Assembly (NCBI GenBank): GCA_041661385.1
Contig: JBAZUP010000001.1
Coordinates: 7,382 to 71,381, forward strand
DNA from: Patescibacteria group bacterium
GTDB taxonomy: Bacteria; Patescibacteriota; Patescibacteriia; Magasanikbacterales; GWA2-37-8
Reading direction: 5' to 3'
DNA length: 64,000 nt
The notes below the pieces were generated by a model. The model was not told the DNA's origin, did no database searches, and worked only from the letters and a program-made list of their open reading frames with translations. A program made the position numbers and the translations under genes. Shown piece by piece: positions 1 to 9,335 of the stretch; within the stretch, counting starts at the first letter, position 1, and each line of letters starts with the position of its first letter.

Positions 1-1
1 C

Positions 2-751
2 GGCACTCAAGGTCAGGCACCAGGGTTATCCGCTACTTATAATTCTGGATATGCATATGGGAACAGCAATTTAAGTAAAATATTTTTAGGCAGCGGTGGC
101 GGTGGTGTCGGCGGGGCCGGCAGTGGTATTGTGTATATTAATGGTAATTCAATAATCGTTTCGAGTGGAGGATATATATATAATTACGGTCAGTCTGCTG
201 TTTATGGATGGGGAGGGGCCGGTGGTGCGGGTGGGTCAATTTATCTGAAAGGAAATACAGTAAATCTTGCTAATGGTTTTGTGACGGCTTATTCCGGCTC
301 CGCCGATAGTTTCCCTTGGTTCACCGACGAGTGTAGTTCCTTATATCCAGGCAATGGGGGTGTGGGTCGAATAAAAATTGAATCGAATTCTGTAACCGGC
401 GTAACAAATCCAGCCGCGACAGTTGTTTCATCTATAAATTATTATAGTTCTGGTAATTATACTTCCGGACCAGTTCAGGTCGGTCCGTCAGTTACTAGTT
501 GGGGCGCCATTTCTTGGCTTTCGACTTTGACTGCAGGACAAAGCGTAGCCATGCAAGTTAGATCAGCAAATAATTCAGCAATGACTGGGGCTTCCAGCTG
601 GTGCTCGGTTGCAAGTGGTAATACCGCCGCATGTTTGCGTGCGGGGGATACCTATTTACAATATCAAGCCTCTTTAGCAAATGGCTCAAATCTTACACTA
701 ACTCCTTCCCTTGATAGTATTACAATCAATTATTTCGGTTATTCACCTTGA
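2..751 (+). CDS. glycine-rich secreted/surface protein, 5'-partial (reading frame open to window edge)
   Basis: Frame stays open from base 2 with no stop before 751. Gly-rich GGAGGAGG/GSGGGGVGGAGSG runs and S/T/N-rich composition suggest a beta-helix-like fold. The listed M at 131 is probably internal. Confidence 0.5.
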   Translation, partial: GTQGQAPGLSATYNSGYAYGNSNLSKIFLGSGGGGVGGAGSGIVYINGNSIIVSSGGYIYNYGQSAVYGWGGAGGAGGSIYLKGNTVNLANGFVTAYSGSADSFPWFTDECSSLYPGNGGVGRIKIESNSVTGVTNPAATVVSSINYYSSGNYTSGPVQVGPSVTSWGAISWLSTLTAGQSVAMQVRSANNSAMTGASSWCSVASGNTAACLRAGDTYLQYQASLANGSNLTLTPSLDSITINYFGYSP

Positions 752-830
752 TAACATTCTGTTAAAGTAGTAAAATTAGGGTAAGGTAAGCAAAAAATAA
801 TAAATAAAAGTAATTTTAATAGTTTGAGTT

Positions 831-1616
831 ATGTTTGAAGATCAAGTTCTAAATCATACACAACCGCCAGCAAATTTACCTTCTGAACCGGCAGATATTT
901 TTGAGGGAGTAGATAAGGCAGTGGCTCACTCGGCGGCTGTTTCAACGCCGGTTCCAAATGCTCTTAAGTCTGGATTGTTGAAAGCTAAACCGGCGCCAAC
1001 CATTTTACCGGATCCTGGTTATTCACCTCCTGCACAGCCGGAAACAATTATTGTACAGACTCATAAGCCGAGAGCTAGTTCAAATTTTTCAAGACTTCTG
1101 AAAGTAATAATTGGAATTGTTGGTTTTTTTAGTTTGATCGTTTTGGCTTATGGTGGTTACTTTTTATATCAAAAACTTCAAGTCGTTAAATCAGTAAAAA
1201 ATGATTTGTCAGAAACATCTGTCGAAAACACTCAAAATAATTCAGTGGTGCCGGTTGTGACTACTTCTTCGACGCCACTACCTTCGTCCGAAGTTTTGTT
1301 TGGTGATGCTGATACCGATAAAGATGGTTTAACAGACTCAGAAGAAAAAATGCTTGGTACTGATCCTAAAAAAGCTGATACCGATGGTGATGGCCTTAGT
1401 GATTCTGATGAAGTAAAAATTTGGCTTACTGATCCGCTTAAAGCTGATACTGATGGTGATGGTTATTTGGACGGATCAGAAATTTTAAACGGTTTTAATC
1501 CGCGTGGGCCAGGTAAATTTGCTCCGCCGATGCCGATTGTCCGTTTTGTTACAACTACCGTATCAAGTTCTGATTTGATTTATACCAATAATGTAATAAA
1601 AGCTGAAATTAAATAA
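831..1616 (+). CDS. membrane-anchored protein with thrombospondin type-3-like Ca-binding repeats (DxDxDGxxDxxE)
   Basis: One hydrophobic TM segment (IIGIVGFFSLIVLAYGGYFLY). Three repeats: DTDKDGLTDSEE, DTDGDGLSDSDE, DTDGDGYLDGSE. Confidence 0.6.
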   Translation: MFEDQVLNHTQPPANLPSEPADIFEGVDKAVAHSAAVSTPVPNALKSGLLKAKPAPTILPDPGYSPPAQPETIIVQTHKPRASSNFSRLLKVIIGIVGFFSLIVLAYGGYFLYQKLQVVKSVKNDLSETSVENTQNNSVVPVVTTSSTPLPSSEVLFGDADTDKDGLTDSEEKMLGTDPKKADTDGDGLSDSDEVKIWLTDPLKADTDGDGYLDGSEILNGFNPRGPGKFAPPMPIVRFVTTTVSSSDLIYTNNVIKAEIK

Positions 1617-1619
1617 ATT

Positions 1620-2783
1620 ATGTTTTGGAGCAAATCCAAAAAAACGGTTGAAGAATCTGAGATAGATCAAAAGTTGACCGTTTATACTATTCCGGATGAG
1701 TTTTATGGTGGCGGAAATCCGGTCATCAAATTTCGTAATGTCGAAAAAAGTTTTGGTCCGGCACCTGCAGCAGCAGTTGTTCCGCCAAGTAAGGTTTTGT
1801 CATTAGCGCCAAAACCAATTATGCCAAGTGTGGCTGTATCAGCAAAAACAGCTGTCGGTTTTTTTGGTAATTGGAAATTAATGGCACTCGCGGCGGCTTC
1901 GTTATTTATCTTATTTTTGGGAGGTTCTGGTTTTTATTATTGGCGAACGATGCGGGCAGTGCCGCCCAAGGTTCCGGCAAAACAGGTAGAAACTGTAAAA
2001 CAAAATCCTGTACCAATAGTTGTACCGGAGTTAATTCCTACAACCACACCAGAAGTCGCGAGTTCAACTGAGCAGGAGCCGGCAGTTTCTTCGACAACTA
2101 CCCAAGCTTTGGACGGTGGAGCGCTAGAATTTCCTTCTATTTTGCTCGGTAATAGTGCGGATTTAGACCAAGACGGGCTAACTGACACAGAGGAAGAATT
2201 ATTTAAAACTGACCCAAGTAAAGCTGATTCAGACGCTGATGGCTACGAAGATGGTACGGAAATATTTTATCTATATAGTCCGTCAGTTGTTGCGCCAACT
2301 CGACTCATTACAACCGATGCAGTAAAGGAATTTTTGAATCCTCGATTTAATTATAAAATATATTATCCGACCTCTTGGGCGATCGGCAATGTTGATCCAG
2401 ATTATCGTGATGTTCTATTTAGTACGATTACCGGTGAAAACGTAGAGGTGCGGGTGTTTGATAAAAAAATCGGAGAAACTTTTGATAGTTGGTTTGCGAA
2501 TTGGGCAAAGGGTGAACAGCTTGGTTCTCTTAAAGATTTCATGACAGTTTTTAAAGGCCCCGGCCGCGCTCGAAATGATAATTTGGTTTATTATTTTGAA
2601 GATCGAGAAAAGATTTACGTGCTGATTTATCATGTCATCGGTTCCGGCAGTGTTAATTATCGCGATGTGATAAATATGATGGCAAGAAGTTTTAGATTGC
2701 CAAGTGAGAGTGGAGCAGTTTTACCGGAACAAAAAGTTATTCGCGAAACAGCACCCGGTGCGGAAGTTCCGCTGGTACCATAA
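1620..2783 (+). CDS. paralogous membrane-anchored TSP3-repeat protein
   Basis: TM helix (LMALAAASLFILFLGGSGFYYW). Repeats DLDQDGLTDTEEE and DSDADGYEDGTE. Same architecture as the upstream gene. Confidence 0.6.
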   Translation: MFWSKSKKTVEESEIDQKLTVYTIPDEFYGGGNPVIKFRNVEKSFGPAPAAAVVPPSKVLSLAPKPIMPSVAVSAKTAVGFFGNWKLMALAAASLFILFLGGSGFYYWRTMRAVPPKVPAKQVETVKQNPVPIVVPELIPTTTPEVASSTEQEPAVSSTTTQALDGGALEFPSILLGNSADLDQDGLTDTEEELFKTDPSKADSDADGYEDGTEIFYLYSPSVVAPTRLITTDAVKEFLNPRFNYKIYYPTSWAIGNVDPDYRDVLFSTITGENVEVRVFDKKIGETFDSWFANWAKGEQLGSLKDFMTVFKGPGRARNDNLVYYFEDREKIYVLIYHVIGSGSVNYRDVINMMARSFRLPSESGAVLPEQKVIRETAPGAEVPLVP

Positions 2784-2785
2784 GT

Positions 2786-3232
2786 ATGGCTGAGATTCTT
2801 TATTATAAAAAAGTTTCGTGTCCGGTTAGTAAAGGGCAAGTAGAAAAAATTGTAGATTTGGCCGCAAGTTTTGAGAAAAAAATTTGTGGTATAACAGAAG
2901 TATCAATCGTTTCGGAAAATATTATAAAAAAGTTAAACAAAAAATTTCGAGGAAAAGATAAAGTTACCGATGTGCTTTCTTTCTCCTTGAGAAAAGGGGG
3001 GATAGTGGCGGGCCCTTTTTTTGGCGAACTTTATATTTGTTATCCACAAATTGTAAGGCAAGCAAAAGAATTTGGTGTTTCAGTTAATGAGGAATTTTCA
3101 AGAATGTTAGTGCATGGCTTGTTGCATCTCGCGGATCATGATCATCAAAAAAAAGCTGAATCAGATAAAATGTTTAAATTACAGGAAAAAATAATTACAG
3201 TTGCAAAAAAGAATAGAGTAATTAAAATATGA
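2786..3232 (+). CDS. ybeY: rRNA maturation endoribonuclease YbeY
   Basis: 148 aa with the metal-binding motif HGLLHLADHDH (HxxxHxxxxxH) near the C-terminus. Typical size. Confidence 0.85.
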   Translation: MAEILYYKKVSCPVSKGQVEKIVDLAASFEKKICGITEVSIVSENIIKKLNKKFRGKDKVTDVLSFSLRKGGIVAGPFFGELYICYPQIVRQAKEFGVSVNEEFSRMLVHGLLHLADHDHQKKAESDKMFKLQEKIITVAKKNRVIKI

Positions 3233-3597
3233 CAACTGTCGAAAGATTATTGAGGAGTTTTGCAGATGCCGGGCGAGGCGTTGTGTATGTTTTTAAAAAA
3301 GAACAAAATTTTCGCTTGCAGATTTTTGCTGGTCTAATAGTTTTTGTTACGATTTTCGTTTTACCTCTTCGCTCTTGGGAAACTATTGTTCTTATTTTAA
3401 TGGTGGTTATGGTTCTAACTATGGAACTTTTAAATACTGCTCTAGAAAATTTTACGGATTTGTTTAAACCCCGCATTCATCCGTATGTCGGCATTATTAA
3501 GGATATTATGGCGGCAGCGGTTCTCATTACTGCTCTTGGTGCTTTAGTTATTGGTAGCATTATTATTTATCCTCACTTTATCGGTTTGCTAAAATAG
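3229..3597 (+). CDS. dgkA: diacylglycerol/undecaprenol kinase family (DgkA-like)
   Basis: 122 aa, three TM segments, conserved ELLNTALE motif of the DAGK_prokar family. 4-bp overlap with ybeY. Confidence 0.7.
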   Translation: MTTVERLLRSFADAGRGVVYVFKKEQNFRLQIFAGLIVFVTIFVLPLRSWETIVLILMVVMVLTMELLNTALENFTDLFKPRIHPYVGIIKDIMAAAVLITALGALVIGSIIIYPHFIGLLK

Positions 3598-4895
3598 TGT
3601 ATAATATAGTCAGTCTGAAATGTTTTATGAGGAAAGGTTCGCAAAACTTGATTACCGGTATAGATATCGGTTCATCGGCGGTTAGACTAGCAGTTGGACA
3701 ATTTGTCCGACGTGACGGATCCGACGAAGAACTCGAATTGCAGATTTTGGGTGCAGTAGAAGCCCCGTCTTCCGGTGTAAAAAACGGCACTATCAACAGC
3801 ATCGACGATGTTGTTTCTTCGGTTTCCGCTTGTCTTGAAGAAGCTGAGCGAGTAGTAGGGAGTCCGATTAAAAGTGCTTGGGTAGGTGTTTCTGGTCACA
3901 ATATTATTTCACAGCCCAGCCGCGCCTATGTTGCGGTTTCAAAAGGTGATAACGAAATTACCAGAGAAGATGTACTTAGAGTAATAGAATCATCAAAATC
4001 GGTCGCCACACCGCTTAACTTTGAAGTTTTACACGTCTTACCAAAGAGCTTTAGTATTGACGGGCAAAGTAATATCAAAGATCCGATCGGTATGACGGGC
4101 ATGCGTCTCGAGGTTGATTCGCAAATAATTTTAGGTCCGACACCGCAAATTAAAAATTTGACCAGAGCAATCTTTCGCACCGGCCTAGAAATAGATGGAT
4201 TAGTTTTAAATATTATTGCCGCTTCAGACGCTGTTCTTACTGATCAACAAAAAGAAATTGGGGTAGTAGTTGTGAATATTGGTGTTTCAACCACCAGTCT
4301 CGTGGTTTTTGAAGAAGGGGAGATCATTCACACTGCAGTTCTCAAGGTAGGCAGTGGACACGTGACCAACGATCTTGCACTTGGTTTGCGCACGAATGTC
4401 GATGTTGCTGAGGCAATTAAAATCGAATTTGGTGATTGTGTATCGAGTAATATTAATCGCCGCGACGAAATCGACCTTCAAACTCTTGGAGCTCCGGAGC
4501 AAGAATTTGTCCGCAAGCAAATGGTGGGTGAAATTGTCGAAATGCGCATGGAAGAAATATTACAAATGATTGATGCTGATTTACGCAAAATAAATCGTAA
4601 CGGTAATTTACCGGCTGGTGCCGTATTTATTGGCGGGGGAGCGAAAATTCCACATTTGGTCGATTTAGCTCGTAAGAAATTACGATTACCAGCAATGCTT
4701 GGTTATCCGCTTGATATGATAGGTGTTTCCGATCGTATCAGTGATTTATCCTTTACTACCGCAATTGGACTGGTAAAAAATGGTGCAATGGAAAGCGTTA
4801 CCGGACCGGCTAATTCAGTTATGGGTGCGTCGCGTCGTAAAGCCGGCGGGTGGTTAAAAAAATTTGGACAGTGGTTTAAGATTTTGATTCCATGA
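3597..4895 (+). CDS. ftsA: cell division protein FtsA (actin-like ATPase)
   Basis: ITGIDIGSSAVRLAVG phosphate-1 motif and actin-fold ATPase segments. Sits immediately upstream of ftsZ. True start may be the internal M at 3627. Confidence 0.9.
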   Translation: MYNIVSLKCFMRKGSQNLITGIDIGSSAVRLAVGQFVRRDGSDEELELQILGAVEAPSSGVKNGTINSIDDVVSSVSACLEEAERVVGSPIKSAWVGVSGHNIISQPSRAYVAVSKGDNEITREDVLRVIESSKSVATPLNFEVLHVLPKSFSIDGQSNIKDPIGMTGMRLEVDSQIILGPTPQIKNLTRAIFRTGLEIDGLVLNIIAASDAVLTDQQKEIGVVVVNIGVSTTSLVVFEEGEIIHTAVLKVGSGHVTNDLALGLRTNVDVAEAIKIEFGDCVSSNINRRDEIDLQTLGAPEQEFVRKQMVGEIVEMRMEEILQMIDADLRKINRNGNLPAGAVFIGGGAKIPHLVDLARKKLRLPAMLGYPLDMIGVSDRISDLSFTTAIGLVKNGAMESVTGPANSVMGASRRKAGGWLKKFGQWFKILIP

Positions 4896-4900
4896 AAATC

Positions 4901-4929
4901 TTGACAGTAAATTGACTACCAGTTACACT
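4901..4929 (+). promoter_or_regulatory. sigma70-like promoter upstream of ftsZ (TTGACA-17 nt-TACACT)
   Basis: TTGACA at 4901-4906, 17-nt spacer, TACACT at 4924-4929, in the ftsA-ftsZ intergenic region. Confidence 0.45.
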
Positions 4930-4982
4930 ATACTGCGAAGACTTGTCTTCGTTATTTTATTAATAGGGGTTGAATACCAAAT

Positions 4983-6206
4983 TTGTTCAATCCACTGAAT
5001 TCAAAATTTATGCCGCAAGTTAAACCGGAGATGGAGGCATTTGCCAAAATAAAAGTTGTGGGTGTGGGTGGATCCGGTGGGTCAGCCATAAACCGCATGA
5101 TGGCTACCAAAATACGTGGTGTAGATTTTATTGCTATGAACACGGATGTTCAGGCTCTTCATTATAACAGCGCTCCTCACAAAATTCATATTGGTAAATC
5201 TGTTACGCGCGGACTTGGCGCTGGTATGGATCCTGAAATTGGCAGACGCGCGGCTGAAGAATCACAAAATGAAATTCGTGAAGCGCTTAAAGATACCGAC
5301 ATGGTTTTTATTACGTGTGGTATGGGTGGCGGAACTGGTTCCGGGGCTTCATCTTTAGTTGCTCAAATTGCCAAAGAAATGGGTGCATTAACAATTGCCG
5401 TGGTAACTAAACCGTTTAGTTGGGAAGGTCCTCAGCGCTGCGCGATTGCGGAAAAAGCCTGGGAGGAGCTCGCAAAAAATGTTGATTCGATTATAACGAT
5501 ACCCAACGATCGAATATTACAGGTTGTTGAAAAGAAAACTGGTCTGCTTGAAGCGTTTAAAATTGCTGATGATGTGTTGCGCCAAGGTGTTCAAGGTATT
5601 TCTGAGCTTATTACTATTCCAGGTTTAATCAATGTTGATTTTGCCGATGTCAAAGCCATTATGCGCGACACCGGTTCAGCGCTTATGGGAATTGGTTCCA
5701 GTACCGGTGAAAATCGCGCAATTGAAGCAGCGCGAGGCGCTATTTCGAGTCCGCTTCTTGAGTTATCAATTGACGGTGCTCATGGCATACTATTTACTAT
5801 CACCGGCGGACCGGACCTTGCAATGTCCGAAGTTAGTGAAGCGGCCAAAATTATTACTAGTTCCGCCGCGCCAGACGCCAAGATTATTTTTGGAGCGATC
5901 ATTGATGAATCAATGACTGGCAGTATGCGTATTTCGGTAGTTGCTACCGGTTTCGATGGTCGTCGTCCAAGCTCTAATCGCGAAGAGGAATCCAATGCTG
6001 GTTTTTTGGGTGGTAAATACGTTCCAAGTAACTTCTTACGCAAAACTCAAAAAGAAGAGGAAGAAAAAGAAAAAATGTTTAAAACTATAGTTCAAAAATC
6101 ACCAGTTACACCAGTAGCCACTCCGGATAAAAATAAAACCCCGGTTCAAACTCCTGAAGAAGAATTAGAAATTCCTACTTTTATTCGTCGCAAAATGGGT
6201 TTGTAA
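4983..6206 (+). CDS. ftsZ: cell division GTPase FtsZ
   Basis: Tubulin signature GGGTGSG, VGVGGSGGSAINRM N-terminus, charged C-terminal tail with conserved IPTFIRRK peptide. Confidence 0.95.
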   Translation: MFNPLNSKFMPQVKPEMEAFAKIKVVGVGGSGGSAINRMMATKIRGVDFIAMNTDVQALHYNSAPHKIHIGKSVTRGLGAGMDPEIGRRAAEESQNEIREALKDTDMVFITCGMGGGTGSGASSLVAQIAKEMGALTIAVVTKPFSWEGPQRCAIAEKAWEELAKNVDSIITIPNDRILQVVEKKTGLLEAFKIADDVLRQGVQGISELITIPGLINVDFADVKAIMRDTGSALMGIGSSTGENRAIEAARGAISSPLLELSIDGAHGILFTITGGPDLAMSEVSEAAKIITSSAAPDAKIIFGAIIDESMTGSMRISVVATGFDGRRPSSNREEESNAGFLGGKYVPSNFLRKTQKEEEEKEKMFKTIVQKSPVTPVATPDKNKTPVQTPEEELEIPTFIRRKMGL

Positions 6207-6220
6207 ACTAGAGAAATCAC

Positions 6221-6673
6221 ATGCGTTGTCCGGTTTGCAATTATAAAGAATTAAGCGTACTCGACACCCGCTCTTCTGAGGATGGTCTTTCGGTGCGTCG
6301 CCGGCGTGAGTGCGACAAATGTCATTATCGGTTTTCCACTGTGGAAGAAACAGAATTACTCGACATTATAGTCGTAAAACAAAATGGCGAACGCCAAAGT
6401 TACATGCGTGAAAAAATCGAAAGCGGCATTCGTCGTTCGCTTACCAAGCGTCCTTATACACAGGAAAAATTTCATCAACTCGTTCACCTCATTGAAAGAG
6501 ATATTCAAAAAAAGAAACGCCGTGAAATTGCGAGTAAAGAAATAGGTGAGAGTGTCATGAAGCATCTTCACAGTTTCGATAAAATCGCGTATATTAGGTT
6601 TGCGAGTGTTTACCGAGATTTTAAAGATGTAAAAACTTTTGAAAAAGAACTCAAAAAGTTGAAAATGAAATAA
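6221..6673 (+). CDS. nrdR: transcriptional repressor NrdR (zinc ribbon + ATP-cone)
   Basis: MRCPVCNY...CDKC zinc ribbon at the N-terminus. 150 aa. ATP-cone-like remainder. Confidence 0.9.
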   Translation: MRCPVCNYKELSVLDTRSSEDGLSVRRRRECDKCHYRFSTVEETELLDIIVVKQNGERQSYMREKIESGIRRSLTKRPYTQEKFHQLVHLIERDIQKKKRREIASKEIGESVMKHLHSFDKIAYIRFASVYRDFKDVKTFEKELKKLKMK

Positions 6674-6677
6674 TGTT

Positions 6678-7142
6678 ATGCTGTTTAAGCATGCGGACGA
6701 AAAAACAGAGCCAAAAAAAACCGAACTGGCCATTCCGCCGGTGGTTGATGCTGCCTCCGCAGTTAGTGTCGAACCAGTCAAAGTTGAAAAAGATGTGAGT
6801 CCGGCCGCTCTACGCGAATTACTTGAAAAGAATCTCAAGTGGTCACAGATCATTTATGAACAAAACCGCAAAATTAACGGCAAGCTTTTTTGGACCGCTT
6901 TTGCCAATTGGGTTCGTCTTATTATTCTAGTTGGCACCTTTGCGGCAGCAGCATGGTTTTTGCCGCCGTTAGTTGGAAATGTTTTTAATCAGTATAACTC
7001 TATTATGACCGGCATTACTGATCCTTCATCGGCTATCAAGGGTGGTTCGGCCGCAGATTTGTGTAAACTTCTTCCGGCTAATTTACAAGATGGTTGCAAA
7101 AATATTACGAGCAATCCTTCAACAAATATTCCTAAACAATAA
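6678..7142 (+). CDS. hypothetical membrane protein
   Basis: 154 aa with one hydrophobic segment (LIILVGTFAAAAWFLPPLV). No recognisable family. Confidence 0.4.
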   Translation: MLFKHADEKTEPKKTELAIPPVVDAASAVSVEPVKVEKDVSPAALRELLEKNLKWSQIIYEQNRKINGKLFWTAFANWVRLIILVGTFAAAAWFLPPLVGNVFNQYNSIMTGITDPSSAIKGGSAADLCKLLPANLQDGCKNITSNPSTNIPKQ

Positions 7143-7146
7143 AAAA

Positions 7147-7177
7147 CCCGCCACATCGGCGGGCTTTTTCTTTTTTA
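7147..7177. terminator. bidirectional rho-independent terminator between convergent genes
   Basis: Hairpin cccgcc-acatc-ggcggg followed by a T-run (ctttttctttttt). A-run on the other side. Confidence 0.7.
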
Positions 7178-8425
7178 TTATTTTAAAGTCGGGTAAAGTG
7201 GAAATTTTTTGGTCAGGTTTTTAACCTGATTTTTTATTTCGGCTAGTTTAGTGTCGTCTTTATGATTTAAAATTACTTCTTCAATCCAGGCAGCCACTTG
7301 CTTCATTTCAATTTCTTTCATACCTCTCGTGGTTAGGGCAGGTGTGCCTAGGCGAATGCCAGACGGATCCATAGGTGAGCGCGGATCATCAGGAATCATG
7401 TTTTTATTCACCGTGATGCCGGCTTTGTCGAGCGCAATTTGTGCTTCTTTGCCGGATAATCCTTTTGGTGTTACATCCATGAGAAGGAGGTGATTGTCGG
7501 TGCCGCCAAAACAAAGTTTATAGCCAAGTTTGTTAAATTCTGTTTCTAGCACTTTGGCATTCTTTTTAATTTGTTTTGCATATTCCTTAAATTCCGGCAG
7601 TAGTGCTTCTTTAAATGCGACCGCTTTCGCGGCAATATTATTTTCGTGTGGTCCGCCCTGCATGCCGGGGAATACCGCTTTATCAATTTGTTTAGCAAAT
7701 TTTTCTTTACACATTATCATGCCGCCGCGTGGTCCACGTAAAGTTTTGTGAGTTGTGGTGGTCACAATATCAAAAACCGGTACTGGGTTATTCATTTGTC
7801 CGCCGGCAATGAGACCGGCAATGTGAGCGATGTCCGCCATTGTTATCGCTCCGACCTCATCGGCGATAGCTTTTATTTTTTCATATTCAATTTCACGTGA
7901 ATAAGCTGAATAACCGACCAAAATTAGTTTTGGTTTGTGTTCTAGTGCCATTTGGCGCAGATTATCAAGATCAATTTTACCGCTCGCATCGGTTTTATAT
8001 CGGACAAAATTATAGATTTGCGCGGAAAAGGTCACTGGGTGCCCGTGGGTAAGGTGCCCGCCATGTGAGAGGTCCATGCCAAGCACGGTGTCCCCAGGCT
8101 TTAATATGGCTGAGTAGGCGATCATGTTGGCCGGCGCTCCGGAGAGCGGCTGAACATTTACATGTTCAGCGCCAAAAAGCATTTTGGCCCGGTCAATGGC
8201 GAGTTGCTCTACTTCATCAATAAATTCACATCCGCCATAGTAGCGTTTGCCAGGGTAGCCTTCTGAATATTTATTTGTTAATACGGAGCCGAGCGCTTCA
8301 AGTACCGCAGGGGAGACAAAATTTTCCGATGGAATCATTTCGAGGCCCTCTTCTTCGCGGTTCTGCTCGCGGCCAATGCTGGCTTTTATTTCCGGGTCAA
8401 ACTCCTTTAGCGTTTGAATGTGCAT
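7178..8425 (-). CDS. glyA: serine hydroxymethyltransferase
   Basis: 415 aa SHMT with conserved GGHLTHGHP and PLP-lysine region ([14 protein letters not shown]). Confidence 0.95.
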   Translation of the reverse strand: MHIQTLKEFDPEIKASIGREQNREEEGLEMIPSENFVSPAVLEALGSVLTNKYSEGYPGKRYYGGCEFIDEVEQLAIDRAKMLFGAEHVNVQPLSGAPANMIAYSAILKPGDTVLGMDLSHGGHLTHGHPVTFSAQIYNFVRYKTDASGKIDLDNLRQMALEHKPKLILVGYSAYSREIEYEKIKAIADEVGAITMADIAHIAGLIAGGQMNNPVPVFDIVTTTTHKTLRGPRGGMIMCKEKFAKQIDKAVFPGMQGGPHENNIAAKAVAFKEALLPEFKEYAKQIKKNAKVLETEFNKLGYKLCFGGTDNHLLLMDVTPKGLSGKEAQIALDKAGITVNKNMIPDDPRSPMDPSGIRLGTPALTTRGMKEIEMKQVAAWIEEVILNHKDDTKLAEIKNQVKNLTKKFPLYPTLK

Positions 8426-8426
8426 A

Positions 8427-9314
8427 TTATTTAAATATTTTCTTTAAGATTGAATTTATAAAATCAAATGATCCATCATTCAGAATAAGAGCGTCATAAT
8501 GCCGTTCAAAATGTACTATATTTTCATCGGTTACATCAACATTCAGAAAACCAATTTTTAAAAGATTATTGCATACAAATCCTTCAATCATGCCAATGTC
8601 GCCAAAATTATCACCTAGCAATATGACATTCTTCCGGTTTTTTATCGTTTCATACACTGGAAAATTTTGTAGCATGGTTTCGTCTTTGTTCACGCCGGTT
8701 ATTATTGGTTTTTTAATATCCACTGCGTTTCCGTTTTCATCCCAGACAAATTCATTGCTAATAATGTGAATATTCGAAAAAAATAATTTTTCATGTTCAA
8801 AAAACTTTCGAATTGCTTCACTGCCGAGACCACTTGCCGACATTATGACCAGGGGAATATTATTTTTATGCAAAGTTTTTAGAAATTCTGCAACGCCAGG
8901 TCGAAATTTTACGACTCCCGATGTCATGGCTTTTTCAATGTCTTTACGGTGTAGTCCACATTCACGAAGAAGTTTGAAATGAGCGGTCCACCATTCTTCC
9001 ATTATGTCTTTCTTTTTTTCTTTTGTTACAGCAGGGTCTCGTTCGATTGTTCCATAGTGCGCATAGAGGGCTTTGGCGCGAGGCGCGTAATCGGGAGTGA
9101 GATAATTGTGATCGCGAAGGATAGCGGTAATCGATGGCGTTGGTACTCCGTTTACAAAGGCGAGGGTGAGGGTGCGGTCAAAATCGGCAATAATATGAAG
9201 GTTCTTTGCTCCGCCGTTTGCAATTTCGTGTTCGATTTTTTCAAACAATACCTCGTTAGAAATTCTGATTTTGTCGGTAATCATAAGCCTCAAATAGTGG
9301 CTCCATGATATCAT
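8427..9314 (-). CDS. HAD-superfamily pyrimidine 5'-nucleotidase (UMPH-1/NT5C3-like)
   Basis: HAD motif [11 protein letters not shown]. Overall resemblance to the cytosolic pyrimidine 5'-nucleotidase family. Confidence 0.65.
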   Translation of the reverse strand: MISWSHYLRLMITDKIRISNEVLFEKIEHEIANGGAKNLHIIADFDRTLTLAFVNGVPTPSITAILRDHNYLTPDYAPRAKALYAHYGTIERDPAVTKEKKKDIMEEWWTAHFKLLRECGLHRKDIEKAMTSGVVKFRPGVAEFLKTLHKNNIPLVIMSASGLGSEAIRKFFEHEKLFFSNIHIISNEFVWDENGNAVDIKKPIITGVNKDETMLQNFPVYETIKNRKNVILLGDNFGDIGMIEGFVCNNLLKIGFLNVDVTDENIVHFERHYDALILNDGSFDFINSILKKIFK

Positions 9315-9335
9315 TTAGAAGAGTTGATTGCAAAC

